A stretch of 32,000 bases of DNA, from assembly GCF_009831105.1 (NCBI RefSeq), contig NZ_WUUQ01000004.1, forward strand, positions 1-32,000, in the 5' to 3' direction. This document shows positions 18,001 to 25,900 of this stretch, one piece after another. Origin of the DNA: Copranaerobaculum intestinale. Its GTDB lineage: Bacteria; Bacillota_I; Bacilli_A; Erysipelotrichales; Erysipelotrichaceae. The notes under the pieces are model-generated. The model was given only the letters and a program-made list of their open reading frames with translations. It was not told the origin of the DNA and made no database searches. A program made the translations under genes and the position numbers. The first letter of the stretch is position 1, and each line of letters starts with the position of its first letter.

Positions 18001-21000
18001 GATGAGAGCGGGATGCTGGTAAGACCGCATCGAGATGAATGCTTTGAAATTAAGATCGAGGGGGAATCGTACTGTCAGACCTTTGATCTCAATTATGACA
18101 ACAACTGGTGTTTATGTCTGGATGATTTACGGCCGGGAAGATATGAGATCAAGGAGGCCATGTGTCCGGAATACGATGCAAGCTTTATCATCGATGATAA
18201 AGAAATGACGCAGGGTATCTTCTTTGTTGATATGAATGATGTAGAGATCAAGGTCATCAATCAGGATCGGGTAACCGGAAATCTGGATATCTGTGCATTT
18301 GTAAGAGAGGGCGGAAGCCTGTATGATCCGATCGACAGCGATGCTTTTACATTCTGTATCGCCAAGGACGGCTGCAATGAAGAATATACACTCGACTGCA
18401 GCAACGACTGGTGCATTCGATTAGAGAATCTGTACAGCGGTATTTATCGTATCAGTGCGGCAGACAGCGATTATCAAATGGAAGTAGAAGTAGACGGCTG
18501 TCCGGTTATGGAAGGCCGGGTACCGGTTGACTGCGGGGATACGGCAGTTAAACTGATTTTTGCGAAAATTGGCTGTGATGTGCATGTATGTAAGTGCATG
18601 ATGGAAGAGGAGTGTCTGATAAAGCCGACCAATGATCAGCACTTCACAATGAAGCTGAGCGGTGAGGGACGTGAAGAAACCCTGCATCTCACACATCGTA
18701 ACAATTTTGAGATGACAGTACACGATGTGAAAAATGGCCGCTATGAAATTGTTGAAATCAATCATGAGGGCTTTGAAACGATGTATGAGATCAATGGCTG
18801 TGAACAGATGGACGGTCGATTTGAAGTAATGGATGAGGATGTGGATATTACGGTAATCAATGAAGAAATGCAGAACAGCGGCATCCTGAGTATTCACGCA
18901 ATGATCCGCGACTGTAATAACAATCTGCTTTCACCGAGCGGCAATATGCGTTTCCATGTTGATGTGGAAAGCCGTGAGTTTTCAAATCACTATGTTCTCA
19001 GCAGCGCCAATCAATGGAGAGTTGAAATTGCCGGATTGAAACAAGCTCGTTACAGCATTGTCCAGGAGCTGGAAGAGGGCATGGAAAAAGTGCGCTACCG
19101 CATCAATGGGGGAAGAGAACTGAATCATGCGATGGTTTCCATCAGTGAACAGGATCAAAGTGTTGAGATCATTAATGTGATGGACTGTAATAAGGGAAGT
19201 ATTTCTATCTGCAAACTCTATCGTGACAACAGCTGCGGCTGTTTAAGCAAGCCGATTGGCGATGAAGCTTATAAGATTGTGCTGAGTGGTCCTGCCGAAG
19301 ACCGCGAGTACGTTCTGAATGCGGAAAATGAGTATTGTGTCAAAGCTGAAATGCTGGATGACGGCATGTATCTGATTAAGGAAGTGCCGATTGTGGGCAA
19401 TCAGGTAACGTATATGGTAGACGGAGGGAAGGAAACCAAGGAAGCAGTTGTGCATGTTTTGGGATCTGCTCATCAGGTGAAGGTGATCAATAGCTCCGCA
19501 TCCGGTGACTCAGCTATTCAAATTTGTAAGTTTATCCGCAGCGACGGCAGCTTAAGCCGGCCGTCAAGGGGCACCTATCAGGTGGTATTGAGAAGCGGCA
19601 ATTTCTCACAGGAATTTACGCTGAATCAGGCAAATCGCTACTGTGTCAAAGTTGATCAGCTGCAAGACGGCGTCTATGAGGTTGAAGAACTAGGCGGCAG
19701 AGATGTCACTTATATCGTTGATGGCAAAGCAGAGACGCAAACGGCTCGCGTATCGGTAAACGGCGGCAGCCATAGCATCAGTGTGATCAACCGCGAGGGT
19801 GAAAGCGATGCCGGCAGTATTCGTATCTGTAAATATTTGAGAAATGCCGGCGGCGAACTGGTGAAGCCTGCTTCATCGGCTGTGTTTGAAGCAGTACTGG
19901 AAGGTCCGGGGATGGCAAAAACAATGATCCTGAGCGCTGCCAACAACTGGTGCGCGGCTGCTGATGATTTACAAGCAGGCACTTATCGGATCATGGAGAA
20001 AAACAGCGGCGATAACACCGTCTCATATATGGTGAATGATGAAGCGGAGAGCGATGAAGCTTATATTGAAGTAGACGGCAGTGCGAATGAGGTAAAAATT
20101 ATCAATACGCCAAGTGTCCAAGACCGCGGCTCGATTACCCTGCGCAAATATGTACGCAGCGCTGACAATCAAATGATGCAGCCGGATTCATCGGCCCGCT
20201 ATCGTATCCATGTCAGTAAGTCCGGCTTCAATCGAACCATTACGCTGGATAAAAATAATAACTTTACGATGATCTTAAGTAATCTCACTGACGGCAACTA
20301 CACCGTAGAAGAATTAGGCGATCATCAGGTAACCTATATCATCGATGGCGGAAATGAAGTGAATTTCGCTGTCGTAACCGTACTTGGCTCAGCTCATCAG
20401 GTAGATATCATCAATCAGGAGGAAACAAAGGATAACGGTACCATTCAGATTTGCAAATATATCCGTGATACTGCGGGAGATTTGATTCGTCCCAGCGGCA
20501 ACCGTGAATTTGAAGTACAGATATCAAAAGCCGGATACAATGAAACAAAAAAGCTGAATCGGATGAATAACTGGTGTGTGACGCTGGAAAATCTGAAGCC
20601 GGGTAATTATACGGTGCAGGAAATGAACAACGGCGATGATGTCACCTATATCGTCAATGACGGCAGTGAAATCGATTATGCGGTAGTTTATGTCAATGGG
20701 GAAGCAAATACGGTTCAGATCATTAACCGAAGCGAAGCTTCGCAGGGCGGAAGCTTGCATTTGTGTAAGTTTATCCGCAACACGCAGGGACAGTTGATTC
20801 GTCCCAGCGGTGATGCGAAATATTTGATGCATGTTTCTGGACCGGGGCTGAATCTGACCCGTACCCTGGATCGTGACAACGACTGGTGTGATACGCTGAA
20901 TAACCTGCCAACTGGAACGTATGTACTGCAGGAGCTGTCTACAGCCGATAAAGTAACGTATATTATCAACAATGGTTCGGAGGTGGACAATGCGATCGTC

Positions 21001-22686
21001 CGCATTGATCAAACCGCCAGCCATGTGCAGGTCATCAATACCGCCCTGTCACCAAGCGGCGGCAGTATTCAGCTTTGCAAGTATATCCGCGATGAACGCG
21101 GCTTACTGGTTCGTCCCAGCGGTGATGCAGAGTTTTTGATGCATATATCCGGTCCGGGACTCAATACCGGTACAAAGCTGAACCGTGATAATAATTGGTG
21201 CACTGTATATGACCGGCTGGGAGAGGGAACTTATGTACTCCAGGAAATTACTACCGGCGACAAGGTCACCTATATTGTCAACGGCGGCAGTGAAGTGGAT
21301 AACGGCATCATCGATGTCCGCGGCAACACCAATATCGTACAAGTGGTCAATTCCCAGATGACGCCGCCGCAGGGCGGAACGATTCAAATCTGCAAGTATC
21401 TGAGAAACAGCGATAACCAGTTGGTGAAGCCAAGCGGTGCAGCCAGCTATCAGGTGCGTATCACCGCGGCCGGATATAATGAGATACAGCGTCTTGACAA
21501 CACCAACAACTGGTGTGTTAAGCTTGAAAATTTAAGCAACGGCAACTATACGATCAGTGAAGTGGATAATCCGAATAAAGTATCTTATATCATCAACGAT
21601 GGCAGTGAAGTGGATTATGCCACGGTCTTTGTCAACCATGACGTAAATGAAGTAAAGATGATCAATTATCCTGGTGTATCTACCGGCTCCATCACCTTAC
21701 GCAAACGTATCAAGTCGGCAGACGGCTCAGAGAGCGCACCGGTACTGGGAGATGAATTCTCAGTTGCGCTGATGTCCGCAAATTTCTATCAGATCTATAC
21801 GCTGAATTATGATAATCGCTTTATCGAAACGATCAGTGATCTGCCGAAGGGCACATATACGGTACAGGAAGCAGATAATTCCGGAGAATATCAGGTGACG
21901 TATCGGATCAATAACCAGGCACCGGTGGAGATTGGTCAGCTGAATGTTGACAATAATGCTAATCACGTGGATATCATCAATGAGCTGACAGCCGATGCCA
22001 ATAGTTTGGAATTCATGAAGTTTGTAGTACAGGAAAACGGTACCTTGGGCAAGCCGCGAAACGATGAAGTGTTCCAAGTGATCGTGCAGGGGCCAAGTGT
22101 GAATGAAACCGTTGAACTGAACCAGGCAAACAACTGGTATCACTATATGAACAATCTTCCGGAGGGCAATTATACGCTCCGGGAATCCCAAGCAGCCGGC
22201 TATACGACATCTTATATTGTAAACGGCGGTGAGCCGCTTGCGGAAGCAGCCTTCTTTGTTGGGCCGGATGTAAGCAATTTGGTGGAAATATTGAATACGG
22301 CCGATGATCAGGCAGTACGCGGCTCAATTACCGCTCAGGTCATGGTCGAGGATGCTGACGGTATTCTGCATAAGCCGCAGCCAAAGCAGGAGTTCCATGT
22401 GCGTTTCAGCGGTGAGGATATTGATCAGGTAGTTGCACTGAATCAAAACAACCGTTTCATGTATATCAATGAGCAGTTGGATACCGGCACTTACTATGTC
22501 GAAGCACAGGATTCCTATGGCTATGAACCGTATTATCGGATCAACGGTGGTGAGAAGCAGCCCTATGCACGAGTGAATGTTGTCGATTCCCGCAATCATA
22601 ATGTAACTTGTGTCATGAAGCAGGTACGGCCGCTGTATGAATCCGATCAAAAAAACGATCATTCTATCAGTATTGTAATCGAATAG
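15076..22686 (+). CDS. giant tandem-repeat protein of about 23 CnaB/SpaA-like (prealbumin-fold, isopeptide-type) modules; no signal peptide, LPXTG or other anchor recognised
   Basis: Single 2,536-aa ORF with GGAGGA RBS 6 nt before the ATG. The recurring ~100-aa pattern is GsIxICKYIR..G.LvrPSG..F.V...L....NNWC...L..G.Y.V.E...VtYiVnGG....V.V....V.VIN. Terminators flank it on both sides. Confidence 0.9.
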   Translation: MNSWRNVVFGRCIPSLLATIGPDDCQPNSSGSLDVIVQLKDIAGNVSPLPDGLFLTVSDSKETMQTLPLAANDDGIAHLTLTDMTGVEAVAVLTDKDGYQMMNGDRFMIRYVVDEEVQEEDYAHIYFRNDHHELRIECMKQDPTELELYTVKRNEFNEIVPLEDDDCYVVHITQSKRDHVVTLDRGNDHHVTLQDVFSGMVCIHMEDAEGYALSYRFNNGPETDCGEMDILAGTHNEAQLILTKKPSNILTLTKLIREDDGTLVVPQNGCFSVHVLGASMDQIVMLNEANHFTADLFDMCPGTYSISEECTGGYEVSYIVNGMPECNYAQVEMDACDSNDVMIINSYPVSDDCCGSRLRICKYIRDDHGRLNRPCGCESFKVMLTGCGRQEVFNLNESNNWCVDIDTICSGYYEVCELDCNEYSTSYIVNGGEEMTTACVNVSEGFSNSVKVVNTERCKGRVTISKYIRNENGELVRPKRDYVFYATLKSYFMKESFVLNEANDWCVSFDNLREGSYEVKEQCLDDMDTWYMVNGCPMNRKARFIVEGSGTNEVKIVNEERPSHIGTLTICKMMETEGGALVKPSGSDRFEIRLEGGGECVDTTLSYRNGWRICADDLRQGTYCVSELNSENVRYLVDGCERSCACVEMDECPHEIVIINPEDRFGTLRICSRIETCDGDLNRPDDRECFTVLVEGRKFSKEYVLSCENNWCISMDQLPKGRYRIYQKDDYGYLVSYEINGKRKNRASVSLYEQDIEVTIINQVRTCVGEVCISKWICDDGELYTPEYGCYEIELKGRRYKECFTLDAENSFTVCLNDLEEGKYHVKEIKGNGRILINGCDSDGSFIVGRSDIDIRVVNDTIPVPLVTIEKQLKDECGNLCKPEEDDCFEILVEGKNCRDYYTLDCTNDWKICLDQLEAGMYHIYEKACGYEVSFMIDGECRNDGSFSVAKKDVHILMINEMLPHADVEVSKWIRDESGMLVRPHRDECFEIKIEGESYCQTFDLNYDNNWCLCLDDLRPGRYEIKEAMCPEYDASFIIDDKEMTQGIFFVDMNDVEIKVINQDRVTGNLDICAFVREGGSLYDPIDSDAFTFCIAKDGCNEEYTLDCSNDWCIRLENLYSGIYRISAADSDYQMEVEVDGCPVMEGRVPVDCGDTAVKLIFAKIGCDVHVCKCMMEEECLIKPTNDQHFTMKLSGEGREETLHLTHRNNFEMTVHDVKNGRYEIVEINHEGFETMYEINGCEQMDGRFEVMDEDVDITVINEEMQNSGILSIHAMIRDCNNNLLSPSGNMRFHVDVESREFSNHYVLSSANQWRVEIAGLKQARYSIVQELEEGMEKVRYRINGGRELNHAMVSISEQDQSVEIINVMDCNKGSISICKLYRDNSCGCLSKPIGDEAYKIVLSGPAEDREYVLNAENEYCVKAEMLDDGMYLIKEVPIVGNQVTYMVDGGKETKEAVVHVLGSAHQVKVINSSASGDSAIQICKFIRSDGSLSRPSRGTYQVVLRSGNFSQEFTLNQANRYCVKVDQLQDGVYEVEELGGRDVTYIVDGKAETQTARVSVNGGSHSISVINREGESDAGSIRICKYLRNAGGELVKPASSAVFEAVLEGPGMAKTMILSAANNWCAAADDLQAGTYRIMEKNSGDNTVSYMVNDEAESDEAYIEVDGSANEVKIINTPSVQDRGSITLRKYVRSADNQMMQPDSSARYRIHVSKSGFNRTITLDKNNNFTMILSNLTDGNYTVEELGDHQVTYIIDGGNEVNFAVVTVLGSAHQVDIINQEETKDNGTIQICKYIRDTAGDLIRPSGNREFEVQISKAGYNETKKLNRMNNWCVTLENLKPGNYTVQEMNNGDDVTYIVNDGSEIDYAVVYVNGEANTVQIINRSEASQGGSLHLCKFIRNTQGQLIRPSGDAKYLMHVSGPGLNLTRTLDRDNDWCDTLNNLPTGTYVLQELSTADKVTYIINNGSEVDNAIVRIDQTASHVQVINTALSPSGGSIQLCKYIRDERGLLVRPSGDAEFLMHISGPGLNTGTKLNRDNNWCTVYDRLGEGTYVLQEITTGDKVTYIVNGGSEVDNGIIDVRGNTNIVQVVNSQMTPPQGGTIQICKYLRNSDNQLVKPSGAASYQVRITAAGYNEIQRLDNTNNWCVKLENLSNGNYTISEVDNPNKVSYIINDGSEVDYATVFVNHDVNEVKMINYPGVSTGSITLRKRIKSADGSESAPVLGDEFSVALMSANFYQIYTLNYDNRFIETISDLPKGTYTVQEADNSGEYQVTYRINNQAPVEIGQLNVDNNANHVDIINELTADANSLEFMKFVVQENGTLGKPRNDEVFQVIVQGPSVNETVELNQANNWYHYMNNLPEGNYTLRESQAAGYTTSYIVNGGEPLAEAAFFVGPDVSNLVEILNTADDQAVRGSITAQVMVEDADGILHKPQPKQEFHVRFSGEDIDQVVALNQNNRFMYINEQLDTGTYYVEAQDSYGYEPYYRINGGEKQPYARVNVVDSRNHNVTCVMKQVRPLYESDQKNDHSISIVIE
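15466..22620 (+). repeat. in-frame tandem array of about 23 diverged ~290-315-nt coding repeats
   Basis: Module boundaries were read from the translation; each ends in (V/I)-x-(V/I)-(I/V)-N. Modules 17-20 (20437-21666) are the most alike, about 55-60% aa identity by eye for modules 18/19. They share only short DNA identities, for example CGTCCCAGCGGTGATGC near 20800 and 21112. Confidence 0.8.
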
Positions 22687-22700
22687 AGTAACCGATATTG

Positions 22701-22728
22701 AAAAAGGGCAGCCTCAGCTGCCTTTTTT
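22701..22728 (+). terminator. rho-independent terminator after the giant gene
   Basis: AAAAAG-GGCAGC-(CTCA)-GCTGCC-TTTTTT. Confidence 0.8.
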
Positions 22729-22826
22729 ATGTTTATTTTTCTGTTCATACAAATTAATAAATTCACAAGTTTTTGATATGGAGATTGTAAGAACTTTCCA
22801 AGGCAGAAATTATTTCCAGCTATTAA

Positions 22827-22844
22827 TCGTGTATTTTTTCACAA
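22827..22844. promoter_or_regulatory. candidate Rex (redox-sensing repressor) operator upstream of the PFOR gene
   Basis: TCGTGTA-TTTT-TTCACAA against the Firmicutes Rex consensus TTGTGAA-N4-TTCACAA (12 of 14 half-site positions), 127 nt upstream of ATG 22971. Confidence 0.3.
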
Positions 22845-22970
22845 GGGTGAGGTAAAAATTTATGGAAATTGGAGGAATTTATAAAGAAAACACCAAAAAA
22901 TGCACAATAAAAACTGGCAATATAGGTTCGTAAGGGCTATAATAAGAAAGGACTATAAGGAGGAAAACAA

Positions 22971-25900
22971 ATGACAAAACAGTTTATGTCAATGGATGGT
23001 AATACCGCTACTGCGCATTGCGCCTATGCGTTTACCGAATTGTCTGCTATCTACCCGATCACTCCGTCTTCACCGATGGCTGAAGTTGTTGATGTTTGGG
23101 CAAGTCAGGGACGTAAAAATCTTTTCGACACGGTCGTAAAGGTTGCTGAGCTTCAATCTGAGGGCGGTGCAGCCGGCGCTGTACACGGTGCTCTGCAGGC
23201 TGGAACCCTTGCGACAACCTTCACAGCATCCCAGGGATTGCTGCTGATGATTCCTAATATTTACAAAATGGTCGGCGAAATGCTGCCGGGCGTACTGCAC
23301 GTTTCTGCACGTGCACTGGCTTCCCGTGCACTGAATATCTTCGGTGACCATGAAGATATCTATGCATGCAGACAGACTGGTATCTGCATGATGGCTTCTC
23401 ACTCCGTACAGGAAGCAATGGATCTGGCCGGTGTTGCACATCTTTCCGCAATCAAGGCACAGGTTCCGTTCATGCATTTCTTTGACGGATTCCGTACTTC
23501 ACATGAAATTCAGAAGATTGAAGTCATGGATACTGAAGTATTTAAAGATATGATTGACTATTCAGCACTGGACGCATACCGTGCCAGAGCGTTGAATCCG
23601 CACACTAACCCGGTTACCCGCGGCGGTGCGGAAAACGATGATATCTTCTTCCAGGGTGTAGAAGCAAGAAACAGCCACTACGATGCCGTACCGGATGTTG
23701 TTGCTGACTATATGAAGAAAATCTCAGAAATCACGGGACGTGAATATGCACCGTTCACGTATTATGGTGCAGAAGATGCAGAACGTGTTATTGTGGCAAT
23801 GTGTTCGGTAACGGAAACAATTAAAGAAACCGTAGATGCGTTATGCGCACAGGGAGAAAAGGTCGGCTTGATCAAGGTTCATCTGTATCGTCCGTTCTCC
23901 GTGAAATACTTAGAAGCAGTTCTGCCGAAGAGCGTGAAGAAGATTGCGGTACTCGACCGTACCAAGGAAACCGGCGCTACCGGGGAGCCTCTGTACCTGG
24001 ATGTATTGGCTGCTCTGCACGGTCACAAAGACATCGAAATCGTTGGCGGCCGCTATGGCTTAGGTTCAAAAGATACGCAGCCTTGCCATATCAAAGCGGT
24101 TTATGATCACCTGAAACAGGACAATCCGTTCACCGGCTTTACCGTTGGCATCAACGATGATGTAACCAACCTGAGCCTGCCTTATGATGAAAGCTTCCAG
24201 GTGAATGCAGACTACACGAGCTGCCTGTTCTGGGGACTTGGATCAGACGGTACGGTTTCTGCCAATAAATCAACTGTTAAGATCATCGGTGACAATACCG
24301 ATCAGTATGCACAGGCTTACTTTGCATATGACTCCAAGAAAGCCGGCGGGGTAACGCGTTCACACCTGCGCTTCGGCAACTCACCGATTCATTCTACGTA
24401 CTATATTAATAATGCTGACTTCGTTTCCTGCTCATTGGATGCCTATATGTTTAAATATGACATGGTAAGAAACCTGAAAGACGGCGGTTCCTTCTTATTG
24501 AATACCACATTCTCGAAAGAGGAAATTGTGGAGCACATGCCTAACCGCATGAAGGTACAGCTGGCTAAAAAACATGCTAAGCTGTTTATTATCAACGCCA
24601 CAAAGATCGCTCAGGAGATCGGCATGGGCCGCAGAACGAATACGATCCTGCAGTCTGCGTTCTTCGCTTTGAATGAGCAGATCATGCCGTATGCAACAGC
24701 AGTTGATCTGATGAAAGCAGCGGCTAAAAAATCTTACTCCAAAAAGGGTGATGCTGTGGTTCAGTTGAACTACAAAGCAATCGACGCCGGCAAAGACGGC
24801 ATCGAAGAGGTTGCTGTAGATCCAAGCTGGGCAGAGTTGACTTACAATGCTGGCCGCAAGCTGACCGGTGATGAATATTTTGATAATCATGTTGCCGCAA
24901 TCAATGGTCTGGAAGGCTATGATATGCCGGTATCTGCATTTACCGGAGATTTCCTGCTGGATGGTTCGATCCGCAATGATGTTTCCTTTAAGGAAAAACG
25001 TACGATTGCGGTTCAGGTACCGACATGGCACCCAGAAAATTGTATCCAGTGTGGATTCTGTAGCTTTGTTTGTCCGCATGCGACCATTCGTCCATTCCTG
25101 CTGACGGAAGAAGAAATTAAGAATGCTCCGATGGAATTCAAGACCATCCAGGCAATGGGCAAAGGTGTTGAAAACATGCAGTACCGCATTCAGGTTACAC
25201 CGGCAAACTGTGTCGGCTGTGGTCTGTGCGTTGTGGAATGTCCAGGTAAAGCCGGTAAGAAGGCACTGGAAATGGTTGACATCAACGAAAAATTGGATCA
25301 GGAGCCATTGGCTGACTATCTGTTCAAAGAGGTTGATTATAAGAGTGAATATTTCCCAACTACTACGGTTAAGGGCTCACAGTTCCTGATGCCTTACTTT
25401 GAAGTATCCGGAAGCTGCCCGGGCTGTGGTGAAACTCCTTATTACAAATTGGTATCTCAGCTGTTCGGACGCGATATGCTGGTTGCGAATGCAACTGGAT
25501 GTTCTTCCATCTATTGCGGATCTACCCCATCTACTCCGTTTGTAACGGATAAGAATGGTGAAGGTGTCGCTTGGGCGAACTCTTTATTCGAAGACAATGC
25601 GGAATTCGGCTATGGTATGGCACTGTCTCAAAACTATAAAGAAGCACGTATCCTGAAAACCATGGAAGAAAACATGGATAAGGTAGCTCCAGAGCTGAAA
25701 GAGGCATTTGCTTCTTATATCAGCGTACACGGAGATCGTGAAAAAGAAAGAGAATTGGCACCGGTTATCAAAGAGCTGGCTGCGAAATCTGATATTGATG
25801 CTGTAAAAGCATTGACCAAGGAAGATCTGGTAAGCAAATCTGTATGGATCATCGGTGGTGACGGATGGTCTTATGACATCGGTTACGGCGGACTTGATCA

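Noticed and set aside
15466-22620. The ~300-nt periodicity could suggest a CRISPR array or satellite DNA
   Set aside because: The period is far too long for CRISPR. No short conserved direct repeats separated by unique spacers exist. The whole region is one open reading frame with conserved amino-acid, not nucleotide, motifs.
16327-22662. Many long minus-strand ORFs inside the giant gene (e.g. 16327-16767, 18421-18897, 20524-21024, 21760-22191, 22324-22662)
   Set aside because: They lie antisense to a continuous 7.6-kb coding frame with strong protein-level repeat structure. Their translations are low-complexity (I/H/F/N-rich), have no RBS and resemble no family. Long antisense ORFs are expected by chance opposite a coding frame.
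24495-25079. 194-aa minus-strand ORF, plus several short plus-strand alternative-frame ORFs, inside nifJ
   Set aside because: They lie entirely within the unambiguous PFOR coding frame and have no independent signals.
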